From an uncultured delta proteobacterium (lineage in GTDB: Bacteria > Desulfobacterota > Syntrophia > Syntrophales > UBA5619): 59,464 bases of DNA. The notes below the pieces were generated by a model that saw nothing but the letters and a program-made list of their open reading frames with translations, searched no databases and was not told where the DNA came from. The stretch covers positions 1 through 59,464 of the forward strand of contig CAWFOM010000018.1 of the NCBI GenBank assembly GCA_963817385.1, given 5' to 3'. Below, in pieces: positions 1 to 10,626 of the stretch (its first letter is position 1; the number at the start of each line of letters is the position of its first letter). Position numbers and translations under genes: made by a program.

Positions 1-2
1 TC

Positions 3-368
3 CTGGTGGCGGCTACCGCCATGGTGAAGGACGGCGGCCTGGGCGACGACGTGAGCGATCTGCCGGTGGCGGGCGCCGCGCCGGAGTGGTTCAGCGAGAA
101 GGCCCTCACCATTGGCCAGTATTTTGTGGCCTCCGGTGTCTTCACCGTCTTCGGTGCCACCTGGCCGACGACCGGGAGCCCCGAGGTGAGCGAATATCTC
201 TTCGGCGGCCTGGAGAAGATGTACGGGGCCACGTGGGCATTCGAAAGCGACCCGATCAAGGCTGCCCAGTTGATGATCGCCCATATTGACAAGAAGCGCC
301 AGGCATTGGGGATTTCCAAGGCCCGGGAGCGGGTGCTGTTCGACATGGCAATGCGTCGCGAGTTGTAA
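3..368 (+). CDS. cooS: Anaerobic CO dehydrogenase catalytic subunit, C-terminal part (truncated by window edge)
   Basis: DLPVAGAAPEWFSEKALTIG matches the Ni-CODH C-terminal motif; directly upstream of acsB. Confidence 0.9.
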   Translation: MVAATAMVKDGGLGDDVSDLPVAGAAPEWFSEKALTIGQYFVASGVFTVFGATWPTTGSPEVSEYLFGGLEKMYGATWAFESDPIKAAQLMIAHIDKKRQALGISKARERVLFDMAMRREL

Positions 369-401
369 GGAATGGATCTCAATCACAAAGGAGACTGATA
401 G

Positions 402-2606
402 ATGTCCCAGATAATCGCATCGGCCGCCATCCGCGGTGCCTATAAAATACTCGAACGTGCAGAGACCGGTTGGCGCCAGGCCATGGACAAATGGGGGGCG
501 AATGAACCGGTCGGCTTCCCCAATACCGCCTATTACCTGCCGGTGATCTACGGCATCCTGGGGATCAAGGTGGAGAAGCTCGGCGACATGGAGCAGGTGC
601 TCGAGCGCTGCCGGCGCATCATGCCGCCGCCGGTGAAGGCGAACCATCCGCTGCCCTATCTGGGGCCCGCGCTTGACGCGGGGATGGCAACCTTCTTCGC
701 CGAAGAGGTGATCGAAGCGATCCGCTACTTGGAGACGCCGGATTTCTATACGAAAATGGAAGACCCCACGGCCGACAACCTCTGGCTCGGGGCGGCCGAT
801 GACGTTATCCTGCGGAAACGCGGCGTCGAGTTCGTCGATGGCACGGCCCCCGGGTTTGCCGCCATCCTGGGCGCGGCGCCGACCAAGGAGATCGCCGTTC
901 AAATCGCGACCGAGCTCCAGCAGAAGAACCTCTATGTCTTCATGAGCGCCGAAAATGACGGGGTGCGATTCAGCGAACAGCTCGTCGAGGCGGGTGTTCA
1001 GGTCGGCTGGCCGACGCGGCTGGTCTCCTTCGGGCCGGATGTCACCGCCACCGTCTTTGCGATGGGTTTTGCCACCCGCGTCGCCCTTTCCTTCGGCGGC
1101 GTGGAGCCGGGCAACTTCCGCAAGAACCTCATCTACAACAAGGACCGGACCTTCGCCTTCGCCCTGCCCATGGGGTTCGTCACCGACGAATGGTATGCCA
1201 ACGCCGCCGGGGCGATCAATTTCGGCTTTCCCACGATCGCCGACACGCCGATACCGGAGGTCCTGCCGACGGGTATCACCACCTACGAGCACGTGGTTTC
1301 CAACGTTCCCCACGCGAACATCGTCGCCCGGGCCATCGAGGTGCGCGGCCTGAAGGTGCAGGTGACCGAGGTGCCGGTACCGGTCGCGTACGGCCCGGCC
1401 TTCGAAGGCGAGCGCGTCCGCGGCGATGATATCTATCTGGAAACGGGCGGCGGCTACACCCCTATGGTGGAGTGGATCACCTCCAAGGATATGGACGAGG
1501 TGGTCGACGGTGACGTGCAGGTCATCGGGCCGGAGATCACCGATATGCCTCCCGGCTCCAAGCTGCCGCTCGCCATCGTTGCGGAGGTGGCGGGCCGCCA
1601 GATGCAGGAGGACTACGAGCCCATCCTGGAGCGCCAGGTGCACCACCTGATCAACTACGCCCAGGGGGTCATGCATATCGGCCAGCGCGACATCGCCTGG
1701 ATGCGTGTCAGCAAGAACGCCGTGGAGAAGGGGTTCCGGCTCGAGCACATCGGCAAGATCCTGCATGCCAAGCTGCACCAGGACTTCGGTCGGATCTTCG
1801 ACAAGCTCCAGGTGAAGATTTACTCGAACGAGAAGGACGTAAACGCGATGCTCGCCAAGGCGAGGGCCGTCTACGCGGTCAGGGACGCCCGCATCGAGGG
1901 GATGACCGACGAGACCACCGACATCTACTATTCCTGCCTGCTGTGCCAGTCGTTCGCCCCCGGCCATGTGTGCGTCGTCTCTCCGGAGCGCACCGGACTC
2001 TGCGGCTCCTATAACTGGATGGACTGCAAGGCCTCGAATGAAATCAACCCCACCGGTCCCAATCAGCCCGTTCCCAAGGGAGAGACCATCGACGCACGAC
2101 TGGGACAGTGGAAGGGGGTCAACGACTTCGTCTTCAAGGCCTCCCGCGGCAAGGTGGACCATTACAACTTCTACAGCATCATCAACGACCCGATGACCAC
2201 CTGCGGCTGCATGGAGTGCATCGCCGCCATCCTGCCTACCTGCAACGGCATCATGACGGTCAACCGTGATTTCATGGGCATGACGCCCTGCGGCATGAAG
2301 TTCACGACGCTCGCGGGGACCATCGGCGGCGGCATCACCACCCCGGGCTTTGTCGGACACTCCAAGTACAATGTCGCCCAGCGGAAGTTCCTCATCGCCG
2401 AGGGAGGCATCAAGCGGCTGGTATGGATGCCCACGTCGCTGAAACAGGAAATCGGCGATCGCTTCAACGAGCGGGCCAAGGAGCTCGGCATCCCGGACCT
2501 CATGGACCGCATCGCCGACGAGACCATCGGCACTACCGAAGAGGAGATACTGCCGTTTTTGACCGAGAAAAACCACCCGGCCATAACCATGGACCCCTTA
2601 ATGTAA
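402..2606 (+). CDS. acsB: Acetyl-CoA synthase, bacterial type with N-terminal domain
   Basis: FPNTAYYLP N-terminus; A-cluster motifs CLLCQSFAP, PERTGLCG, PMTTCGCMEC; 734 aa. Confidence 0.97.
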   Translation: MSQIIASAAIRGAYKILERAETGWRQAMDKWGANEPVGFPNTAYYLPVIYGILGIKVEKLGDMEQVLERCRRIMPPPVKANHPLPYLGPALDAGMATFFAEEVIEAIRYLETPDFYTKMEDPTADNLWLGAADDVILRKRGVEFVDGTAPGFAAILGAAPTKEIAVQIATELQQKNLYVFMSAENDGVRFSEQLVEAGVQVGWPTRLVSFGPDVTATVFAMGFATRVALSFGGVEPGNFRKNLIYNKDRTFAFALPMGFVTDEWYANAAGAINFGFPTIADTPIPEVLPTGITTYEHVVSNVPHANIVARAIEVRGLKVQVTEVPVPVAYGPAFEGERVRGDDIYLETGGGYTPMVEWITSKDMDEVVDGDVQVIGPEITDMPPGSKLPLAIVAEVAGRQMQEDYEPILERQVHHLINYAQGVMHIGQRDIAWMRVSKNAVEKGFRLEHIGKILHAKLHQDFGRIFDKLQVKIYSNEKDVNAMLAKARAVYAVRDARIEGMTDETTDIYYSCLLCQSFAPGHVCVVSPERTGLCGSYNWMDCKASNEINPTGPNQPVPKGETIDARLGQWKGVNDFVFKASRGKVDHYNFYSIINDPMTTCGCMECIAAILPTCNGIMTVNRDFMGMTPCGMKFTTLAGTIGGGITTPGFVGHSKYNVAQRKFLIAEGGIKRLVWMPTSLKQEIGDRFNERAKELGIPDLMDRIADETIGTTEEEILPFLTEKNHPAITMDPLM

Positions 2607-2624
2607 TCTGGAGGAGTGAATTCA

Positions 2625-3974
2625 ATGGCACTAACCGGCATTGAGATTTTCAAGCATCTGCCCAAGACAAACTGCGGAAAGTGCGGCGTGCCCACCTGCC
2701 TGGCCTTCGCCATGAGCCTGGCGGCCGGCAAGGCCGAACTGGCCGCCTGTCCGTCCGTGTCCGAGGAAGCAAAGGCCAAGCTGGAAGAGGCCTCGGCGCC
2801 GCCGATCCGGCCGATCACCATCGTCACCGGCGCCAAGCCGCTCAAGATCGGAGGTGAAACCGTCCTCTTCCGCCATGAAAAGCGCCTCGAAAACCCGCCC
2901 GGGATCGCCATCCTTCTGAACGATACGATGGCCGAAGCGGAAATCGCGCGCCGTCTGAAGGGCTTTACCCTCTACCGCTACGAGCGGGTCGGCATGGACC
3001 TCCGGCCCGAACTGGTGGCGGTCAAGTACGCCGGCGGCAAGCCGGCGGCGTATGCGGCCCTGGCGGGGAAGGTCAAGGCGGAGACGGACGCCGGCATCAT
3101 CCTTATCTGCGATGATCTGAATGCGATGAGCGGCGCGGTCGCTGCCTGCGGGGAGCGCAAGCCGATCCTCTATTGCGTGACCGGCGCCAACTTCGACGCC
3201 TTTGCCGGCCTGGCCAAGGAGAAGGGCCTGCCGGTCGTGGCCAAGGGCGCGAGCCTCGACGAGCTGGCCGCGCTGACTGACCGTCTCACGAAACTGGGCG
3301 TCAAGGACATCATCCTCGATTCCGCCCCCCGTTCACTCAAGCAGGCCTACACCGATCAGGTGGCCATCCGCCGCGCCCCCTTGCTGAAGAAGCTCCGTTC
3401 CCTGGGTTTCCCCACGATCACGTTTGCCAATGAGATGACCGACAATCCCCTGAAGGAGGCCCTGATCGCCGCGACCTTCATGGCCAAGTACGCCGGCATC
3501 ATCGTCCTTTCCGATTTCAGCGGCGAAACGCTCTTCCCGCTTCTGGTCGCCCGGATGAACCTCTTCACCGATCCGCAGCGGCCGCTGGCGACCGGCGAGG
3601 GGATCTACGAAATCGGCGGGCCGAATGAGAACTCGCCGGTCATCCTCACCTGCAACTTCTCGCTGACCTACTTCATCGTCTCCGGCGAGATCGAGAACAC
3701 CCGCATGCCGGCGTACCTCCTGATCAAGGACACGGAGGGGCTCTCCGTCATGACCGCCTGGGCGGCCGGCAAATTCAGCTCCGATTCGATCGCCCCCTTC
3801 ATCAAGAAGTGCGGCATCGCCGACAAAGTGAAGCACCGCAAGCTGATTATCCCAGGGTATCTCGCCTCGGAGAGCGGCGGTCTGGAAGAGGAACTGCCCG
3901 ACTGGGAGATCCTGATCGGTCCCCGGGAGGCGGCGCACCTTACGTCCTACCTTAAAAACACCTGGAAGTCTTAG
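2625..3974 (+). CDS. acsC: Corrinoid iron-sulfur protein large subunit
   Basis: LPKTNCGKCGVPTCLAFA Fe-S motif, FTDPQRP, GLSVMTAWAAGKF; ATG 2625 after GGAGG. Confidence 0.96.
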   Translation: MALTGIEIFKHLPKTNCGKCGVPTCLAFAMSLAAGKAELAACPSVSEEAKAKLEEASAPPIRPITIVTGAKPLKIGGETVLFRHEKRLENPPGIAILLNDTMAEAEIARRLKGFTLYRYERVGMDLRPELVAVKYAGGKPAAYAALAGKVKAETDAGIILICDDLNAMSGAVAACGERKPILYCVTGANFDAFAGLAKEKGLPVVAKGASLDELAALTDRLTKLGVKDIILDSAPRSLKQAYTDQVAIRRAPLLKKLRSLGFPTITFANEMTDNPLKEALIAATFMAKYAGIIVLSDFSGETLFPLLVARMNLFTDPQRPLATGEGIYEIGGPNENSPVILTCNFSLTYFIVSGEIENTRMPAYLLIKDTEGLSVMTAWAAGKFSSDSIAPFIKKCGIADKVKHRKLIIPGYLASESGGLEEELPDWEILIGPREAAHLTSYLKNTWKS

Positions 3975-3984
3975 GAGGATTGCG

Positions 3985-4863
3985 ATGATACTGATTGCCG
4001 AAAATATCAATGTTATGTCCCAGACGATCGGTCCGGCGCTCAAGGAGCGCAAGGCGGAACCTATCCAGGCCCTGGCCAAGGCCGAGACCGAGGCCGGCGT
4101 TCAGTGGCTCGACCTGAATATCGGTCCGTCCAAGAAATTCGGCCACGAGTTGATGCCCTGGCTGGTAGACCTTATTCAGGAGGTGAGTGATCTGCCGCTG
4201 TCCTTGGATACCACGAACGTGGTCGCCATCGAGGAGGGGCTGAAACGCTGCAAGAAGCCCGCCTTGATAAACTCTATCTCCCTCCAGCCGGACCGGATGG
4301 AACAGGAGCTCCAGTTGTGTGCGAAGTACAAGGCCGGGATGATCGGCCTCCTCTGGGGCGTCGACGGCATGCCTCGGGATGCGAACGAGCGCTGCATGCA
4401 CACGGTTGACTTGGTCTATAAGGCCAACGAGGCAGGGGTGACCAACGAGAATATCTGGATCGACCCGATCGTCACGCCGATCAGCGGTGAGATCAACCAG
4501 GTGACCGCCTGCTTCGAGTTCCTGGGCATGCTCAAGGATATCGCCCCGGGATGCAAGTCCGTCGTCGGCCTCTCCAACGTCTCCAACGGCACTCCCGATC
4601 ACCTGCGGCCGATCCTGAACCGCACCTACTTTATCATGCTGATGCGACAAGGACTCTATGCAGCCATCGTCGATGCCTTCGACAAGGAGATGCAGGATAT
4701 CGCCTTCGGCCGGAAACCGAATCTCGTGAGCGTCGTCCACCGAGCGATGGACGGCGAGAGCATCGACATGGCGGGCCTGACCAAAGAGGAGCGGGATTAT
4801 GTCAAATCGGTGCGGGTCCTCACCGGCCAGCAGCTCTTCTCGAACTCGTGGCTTGAAGCATAG
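3985..4863 (+). CDS. acsE: Methyltetrahydrofolate:corrinoid methyltransferase (pterin-binding fold)
   Basis: IAENIN, LSLDTTN, LINSI, GLSNVSNG, LNRTY; position in acs operon. Confidence 0.92.
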   Translation: MILIAENINVMSQTIGPALKERKAEPIQALAKAETEAGVQWLDLNIGPSKKFGHELMPWLVDLIQEVSDLPLSLDTTNVVAIEEGLKRCKKPALINSISLQPDRMEQELQLCAKYKAGMIGLLWGVDGMPRDANERCMHTVDLVYKANEAGVTNENIWIDPIVTPISGEINQVTACFEFLGMLKDIAPGCKSVVGLSNVSNGTPDHLRPILNRTYFIMLMRQGLYAAIVDAFDKEMQDIAFGRKPNLVSVVHRAMDGESIDMAGLTKEERDYVKSVRVLTGQQLFSNSWLEA

Positions 4864-4874
4864 CAGTACCTGAG

Positions 4875-5513
4875 ATGAGCGGCCTTCCTCCATTACCCTC
4901 TCCCGGGGGCTACGAGCGGGCCTATGCGGAATCGTACAATCTTGCCTTCAGCAGACTCCGTCAGGCCGACCTGGCGGATGTCTGTTTCAGGAGCGGCGCC
5001 GTTCCGGTCGATGCCGACACTGTCCGGCTATGCTTCCTGAACCGGGATTATCGCATCGAGCGCCGTTCGGGTACCGTTACCCTCGAAACGGAAGCGGAAT
5101 CAGTGCCCATCGCCGAGAGTCTCCTCATCCTCCACTACCTCGTCACCGCCCGGGGAACACCGCCCGGAAATGGGCAGATCTCCTTTAAGGAGGTGCCGGA
5201 AGGGGTAGTTTACTATCCCACCTTCTATAAACGGACGATACGGCCGCTGCTGACCAAGTTTGGTGCATCACCCGTCGAGCTTGTCCCAGCAGCCGTAATG
5301 TTCGGCGGCGTCGATGCGCATCAGGGTGATGCCGCCGTCACCGTTCAGGCATTCCCGAGGGTGGCCGTCACCTGGGTGCTCTGGAAGGGCGATGACGAGT
5401 TTCCTGCGGAAGGGACTATTCTCGTAGATCGAAACATCCAGGATTACCTGCCCACTGAGGATATTGTTGTGTTGTGCCAGACAATTGCGATAAAATTGTG
5501 TCGCGCCGTCTGA
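4875..5513 (+). CDS. DUF3786-family protein
   Basis: LILHYL, ISFKEVPEG, LWKGDDEFPAEGTIL, YLPTED motifs; family commonly found by acs genes. Confidence 0.8.
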   Translation: MSGLPPLPSPGGYERAYAESYNLAFSRLRQADLADVCFRSGAVPVDADTVRLCFLNRDYRIERRSGTVTLETEAESVPIAESLLILHYLVTARGTPPGNGQISFKEVPEGVVYYPTFYKRTIRPLLTKFGASPVELVPAAVMFGGVDAHQGDAAVTVQAFPRVAVTWVLWKGDDEFPAEGTILVDRNIQDYLPTEDIVVLCQTIAIKLCRAV

Positions 5514-5557
5514 TTCATAAAACGATCAAACAGCCGAAGAGCGCCAGGAGGAACACT

Positions 5558-5821
5558 ATGCCGATCGGAAAATGCCCCGGACAGGAAAACCAGAAGCTCA
5601 CCGTCAGCCTGCATCCGTGTCCTCAGTGCGGCTATCGGGTGGAGATGTTCTCCGATGAGCTCAGGATCAAATGCCCCAAGTGCAAGACCGAGGTCGTCCG
5701 TGAAACGGCGCCCAATTGCCTGCAGTGGTGCGCCTCGGCAAGACAATGCATCGGGGAGGAGCGCTGGAAGGCCCTCTTCGGGGATGACGGCCCGGCCGGC
5801 CGCGAGCCGGTGGAGAAGTAG
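5558..5821 (+). CDS. Small Cys-rich (zinc-ribbon-like) protein
   Basis: AGGAGG RBS then ATG; CPGQ, CPQCG, EMFSDE, CPKC, CLQWCASARQC. Confidence 0.75.
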   Translation: MPIGKCPGQENQKLTVSLHPCPQCGYRVEMFSDELRIKCPKCKTEVVRETAPNCLQWCASARQCIGEERWKALFGDDGPAGREPVEK

Positions 5822-5840
5822 CATATCAATGACAGCCGAC

Positions 5841-5873
5841 AAAACCCCGTTTCCTACGAAAGAGCGGGGTTTT
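5841..5873. terminator. Intrinsic terminator, probably bidirectional
   Basis: AAAACCCCG...CGGGGTTTT stem with A/T tails between convergent units. Confidence 0.75.
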
Positions 5874-6266
5874 GTGTTTTGAATCGTATTTTGGGTTGTA
5901 TGATCTCCACGGCAATCGCCACAACACTGTTAGTGGTGTCACGTACTCGTTTGCCGTCCTGTTGGACGTCGCCTACCAAAGTTTCGTCTACTTCCCCGTC
6001 GCCCTGATAACTGTTTACGTTCGGCGTCCGCCATCGCGACCCGAAAATGCTGTAGCATTCGCCCATGCTACCCGATAACTGGTGCCCAGAGTCGTCCCTC
6101 CCCTCAGAAACACATTGGTAATCTTTGAGGTAGGCTTTTTCATATTTGAGAGAGCGTCATAGTCGTTCGTTGAAGATATTATCCACGGCTAGGCCCTGGC
6201 CATCAATAATGATGCCGATCTTCATTTTTTCACCCTTCTGGAAATGCAAGGGAAAGACGACCGTGA

Positions 6267-6905
6267 TTAACTTGCCGGTTTTTTTCGGTACGTTTCCAAT
6301 AGTTCCGTGCAACGATCGGTATTGACGATCCCGCAGGGACATGGCTGGGCGAGCAGTCTGGCCCCTTCCTTCGGTGTTATCTTCCCCGCCTTAACTTTTT
6401 CCATGATTGATTCAGTCAGCTTCGTCGCCACCAATCCATGACCGCACATCGTCGTTACTTCCAGGACCTTTTCGTCAGGAAGAAGCTCCTTCTTCCCGTG
6501 GATTCCCAAGGAGAGGAAAGCTGTATGCGGCTTTAATCCGACTTCCCTGGCCATCGCAAACACTTCATCGATCATGCCGCTGACGACGATGGAAATCCCA
6601 ATTTCCGCATCCTTGATTTTTTTAATAGTTCTTTTCATCGCTTCACGGTCGGAGAAACAGCAGATAAAACCAACGTTGTTCTCGAGGATCGCTTTAAATT
6701 CCGTGATGTCGAGACCAGACGTGAGATTCTTGCCGTATCTGCTGGCGCCGAAATTCACTGGTTTTTCGGAGAGAGTGATATCGAATATTTTGTTGAGTTT
6801 GGGCCCCCCGCCCTCGCGATTGATCCATCGCGACGTTCTGGCATACATCACAAAATCCTTCTTCAGGCTTTCGTCGGTTCCCCGGCGATGCAGTGAGTGG
6901 CTCAC
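6267..6905 (-). CDS. Conserved hypothetical His/Cys-rich protein, copy 1
   Basis: Paralog of 11827-12465; HSLHRRG, PHT...SLGIHG, TMCGHG, CPCG. Confidence 0.85.
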   Translation of the reverse strand: MSHSLHRRGTDESLKKDFVMYARTSRWINREGGGPKLNKIFDITLSEKPVNFGASRYGKNLTSGLDITEFKAILENNVGFICCFSDREAMKRTIKKIKDAEIGISIVVSGMIDEVFAMAREVGLKPHTAFLSLGIHGKKELLPDEKVLEVTTMCGHGLVATKLTESIMEKVKAGKITPKEGARLLAQPCPCGIVNTDRCTELLETYRKKPAS

Positions 6906-6916
6906 GGGTATCCTCC

Positions 6917-7639
6917 TTATAGATCCAAAAGGGGCCGGCCGAGGCCCAGGTTGATTTTCGCGTTGTTCCGGGTGGGAATCCCCAGGGCGGAAAGTTTGGA
7001 TCGCACCGGGATGGTTCCATCGTCCGCAATCCTCGTGGCAAGCCCCCAGGACACGACGGTCTCAACCTGCTCCAGGACGGGGACCAGTTGCTTGACCACT
7101 TCTTCCAGCTGGTTTTCCTTTATTTTGAATTCCAGGATTGCCGAGAGCACTTTCTCCTGCCGCGCGTCCGCTTTCATCGTGCCGGTCTTTTCATCCTCCA
7201 GCAGGAGGAAGACGGGGTTGTTCTTTTCCAGCTCGACGTTCATGGTGAGCAGGACCTTCAGGACCTTTTCGATTTCCGAGAGCCGCGTTCCGACGCCGGG
7301 GCGTCCGAATTCCAGGGCCATGCCGTATTCGCCCCGGCGATACCGTCCGGTTACGTCATTTGTTTTCATCTCTTCCGTGCCGCGTCCCCCCTGCTTTAAG
7401 GTGGGGAACTGGACGCCGGGGTCGCTGAACTCCGCCCTGTGCAATCGGGGATACTGCTTGGATTCCGGGGGCATATAGATCGCATCGACCGGACAGACGT
7501 CGGCTCTCAAGCAGACGCCGCATTCGACACACTCCTCCTGATCAACGACAGTCGACTCGTCGCCCTCCCCGATGGCATTCACCGGACAATAATCGACGCA
7601 TTCCAGGCAGGATGTACATTTTTCAGGATCAATTTTCAT
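6917..7639 (-). CDS. 2x[4Fe-4S] ferredoxin domain plus unknown C-terminal domain, copy 1
   Basis: CTSCLECVDYCP and CVECGVC...CP; GRGTEEMKTNDVTGR shared with 12467-13201. Confidence 0.88.
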   Translation of the reverse strand: MKIDPEKCTSCLECVDYCPVNAIGEGDESTVVDQEECVECGVCLRADVCPVDAIYMPPESKQYPRLHRAEFSDPGVQFPTLKQGGRGTEEMKTNDVTGRYRRGEYGMALEFGRPGVGTRLSEIEKVLKVLLTMNVELEKNNPVFLLLEDEKTGTMKADARQEKVLSAILEFKIKENQLEEVVKQLVPVLEQVETVVSWGLATRIADDGTIPVRSKLSALGIPTRNNAKINLGLGRPLLDL

Positions 7640-7973
7640 ATGGTGCCCTCCGAATAATGAGCCAATTTAAGAATCTGTCTGCCCTATTGTCAGGGCGTTT
7701 TCTCGGGTCGCTTTTAATAGACCAACCCCAATATTTTTCTTTCACGGATCATCTCAAACCATTAGCCCGTCGCTCCTGAATCATCCTGAAAAGCTCCGCA
7801 ATCTCCTAATACGGTCACTCCCGGCTTCAGGTTTATGGTGATAAAGCCTTCTAAAGGGGAAGCGCCTTTTTTCTAACTATTCTATGCCTTATGAATTTCA
7901 CACAAATGTTCTTACACTACCTTTTGTGTCATGCCAGCCTCCACTCTTTCCCTTTCTTCGTATGGCAGGTTGA

Positions 7974-8996
7974 TCATTTCTTCTCTTTGATGCTCCCATC
8001 CGGGTTCAACATTCCAGCATCGATAAAATCTTGCTTTACGATCGCTCCTGCCTTCTCCCAATAGGCACCAAGTTCCTCGCCGTTCATGTATTTTTCCTGC
8101 ATCATCGCATCGGCCATGTATTTCTGAAACAGATCGTGCGCGATGAACTTCTTCATGGCCGCCTCCCACCCTTTTTGCGCATTTTTCGGCATGTCAGGAG
8201 GACCAAACACGGCTCGGTAGGAAGCCCGAGATCTGCCAAGGCCGGCCTCCTCAACCGTCGGAGCGTCCGGAAATGCTTTGTACCTCTCGGGAGCGGCAAC
8301 GAGAATGACCTTTAAATTGCCCGCACGGACCTGTTCCGTACAGCTCGTAGGATTGACGAAAGCCATATTGATATGTCCCCCCAAGACGGCGGTTACGGAT
8401 TCAACCTCTTTGTCGAAGGAGACAAACTTCCAAGTCACCCCCTTTATTCTCTGCATCGCCTTCCCCATCATCGCTTCATCGGAGTTCATGGAAGAGCCGC
8501 CTTGAGTAATCTTGCCTGGGTTCTTCTTTGCCTCTGCGAAAACGTCGGCCATGGTCTTGAAGGGTCCCTTCGTACTTACAACCATCACGCTACCGTCCAC
8601 AGCGAAGTTCGCAATGGGCGTAAAAGTTTTGAACGTGTACGGCACCTTCACCCTCAAAGGTGTGCCCAGAATATTACCAGATGACGTGACACCTATGATA
8701 TGATCGTCGCCCTTTTTCTCCATAATGTAGGAAAAGGCCTTAGCCATACCGCTTCCGGGCTTTACGGAAACGTATATCGGCTGTGATAGTATTTGCGCTT
8801 TCCGGTTGATGTCGGCAAGTAACTGCCCAATCAGATTTCCGGGCCCCCCAGGTGAAGAGTGAGTCACGAATTCAATCGGTTTTGAGGGCCATTCAGCCGA
8901 TAACGCGTTGGAGCTGAAGCACACTACGCCAAGAACGATCAGTGCTGCCAGTGCAGTCGACCCGAGAAAATGATTAATACGTCGCGATCTCTTCAT
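7974..8996 (-). CDS. tctC: Tripartite tricarboxylate transporter substrate-binding protein (TctC/Bug)
   Basis: Signal peptide, WPSKPIEFV, SPGG, AVLGGHI, FPDAPTVEEAG, GPPDMP. Confidence 0.9.
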   Translation of the reverse strand: MKRSRRINHFLGSTALAALIVLGVVCFSSNALSAEWPSKPIEFVTHSSPGGPGNLIGQLLADINRKAQILSQPIYVSVKPGSGMAKAFSYIMEKKGDDHIIGVTSSGNILGTPLRVKVPYTFKTFTPIANFAVDGSVMVVSTKGPFKTMADVFAEAKKNPGKITQGGSSMNSDEAMMGKAMQRIKGVTWKFVSFDKEVESVTAVLGGHINMAFVNPTSCTEQVRAGNLKVILVAAPERYKAFPDAPTVEEAGLGRSRASYRAVFGPPDMPKNAQKGWEAAMKKFIAHDLFQKYMADAMMQEKYMNGEELGAYWEKAGAIVKQDFIDAGMLNPDGSIKEKK

Positions 8997-9056
8997 TGGT
9001 CTGCCTCCTTTTTGTTTGTTTGTTGGTTGGTTCGTTTGCTTTGTCGTTAGTTAATA

Positions 9057-10556
9057 CTATGTCGCTCTCGTTTTTTTGAGTAGAAAGGCTTGGAGCCAAG
9101 GTGCGAACAGGGCCAGTACGGCGCAGAAAATAAAGACAGCCGATACCGGACGTTGTAAGAAGATTAATAAACTTCCATCCGATAAGATGATGGACTGCCT
9201 AAAGGCCCGTTCGACCATCGGGGCAAGGATCAAGGCCAGCAGCAGGCACGCCGGAGGGTAATCCAGTTTCTTGAAGAAATATCCAATCACCCCAAAAACA
9301 CACATAACCCAGAGGTCGAACGAGCTGTAATCAATGCTGTATACACCGATCGAAGCCATGACGATAATGATTATGTACATCAGGCAGTAGGGAACCCTTA
9401 ACACCTGCACCACCACGGGAATCAAGGGAATGTTGATAACCAGCAGCAGACAATTCGCCAAATACATACTTGCCACGATTCCCCAAAAGATCTCCGGATT
9501 TTCAGTCAGTAAGAATGGGCCGGGCCGCATCCCGAACATAAGGAGAACAACCATGAGCATTGCCGCGCTGGAAGAACCGGGAATCCCCAGGGTGAGCATC
9601 GGAACCAAAGAGCCTGAAACAGCGGCGTTATCCGCCGATTCGGCGGCGGCCACACCTTCGACCGCGCCGTTACCAAAACGTTCAGGTGTTCTCGATATGG
9701 TTTTTGTAATCGTGTAGGATATGAAAGAAGCGATGGTCGGTCCGGCCCCCGGCAGCACCCCGACGATAAATCCGATGATCGTACTTCTTATCCAGGTGAC
9801 GATGCATTGACGAATGTCTTGCCAGTTTGGCAGCAAATTGCGAATACCCTTGGGCACGTCGCCGAGTGAAAACCTCACGCCCTTTTCGACGTTGACAAGT
9901 ATTTCTCCAACCGCGAAGAGACCTACAGCTACAGTGACAAAGTTAATGCCGTCCATAAGCTCCATATATCCCATTGTCAGCCGCAACGTACCCGTAAACA
10001 TATCCGAACCGACCGTGGCCATGATAAGGCCCATGACAGTGGCTAAGAACCCCTTGATCAATGACTTTCCGGTGAGAGAGGTGACCAGGGTGAGGCCCAT
10101 CACGGTCAATGCGAAATACTCGGGCGGGCCGAAGCCAATGGCCATATTGCCTAACACCGGCGCCAGGAGCATCATCATCACAACGCTCACCTGTCCGCCT
10201 ATAAAAGAAGAAATTGCTGCCAATCCTATGGCCGGACCTGCACGTCCTTGCCTTGCCAATTGGTAACCATCAAGGCACGTTACAATGGAGGCAGATTCGC
10301 CGGGAAGATTCATCATGATCGCTGTGATGGCGCCTCCAAATTTCGCCCCGCAGAACATCGCAACCAGCAAGATCATCGCGGTTGACGGGGTCATTCCCAA
10401 AACCAATGGCATAAGGATGGCGACCGTGGCGGTTGCGCCCAATCCCGGCAGTATTCCGACGAGCGTTCCGATCAACGCGCCAACACAAACCAAAAAAACG
10501 TTAAACGGGGTAAAAATAACAGATATTCCAAGCAATAACCCTTCTGCAGTATCCAT
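9057..10556 (-). CDS. tctA: Tripartite tricarboxylate transporter large permease
   Basis: GILPGLG, NLPGE, DGYQLARQGRAG, EGVAAAESADNA, LTLGIPGS. Confidence 0.95.
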   Translation of the reverse strand: MDTAEGLLLGISVIFTPFNVFLVCVGALIGTLVGILPGLGATATVAILMPLVLGMTPSTAMILLVAMFCGAKFGGAITAIMMNLPGESASIVTCLDGYQLARQGRAGPAIGLAAISSFIGGQVSVVMMMLLAPVLGNMAIGFGPPEYFALTVMGLTLVTSLTGKSLIKGFLATVMGLIMATVGSDMFTGTLRLTMGYMELMDGINFVTVAVGLFAVGEILVNVEKGVRFSLGDVPKGIRNLLPNWQDIRQCIVTWIRSTIIGFIVGVLPGAGPTIASFISYTITKTISRTPERFGNGAVEGVAAAESADNAAVSGSLVPMLTLGIPGSSSAAMLMVVLLMFGMRPGPFLLTENPEIFWGIVASMYLANCLLLVINIPLIPVVVQVLRVPYCLMYIIIIVMASIGVYSIDYSSFDLWVMCVFGVIGYFFKKLDYPPACLLLALILAPMVERAFRQSIILSDGSLLIFLQRPVSAVFIFCAVLALFAPWLQAFLLKKTRAT

Positions 10557-10626
10557 TTCTTTACCTCAATAATGCCCAGTCATATTTCGATGAAATGCTT
10601 CGGAAATACGATCACTTCCGAATTGA

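Noticed and set aside
5880..6260. Short ORFs or gene remnants between the acs terminator and the Fe-S module
   Set aside because: No recognisable family and no consistent frame.
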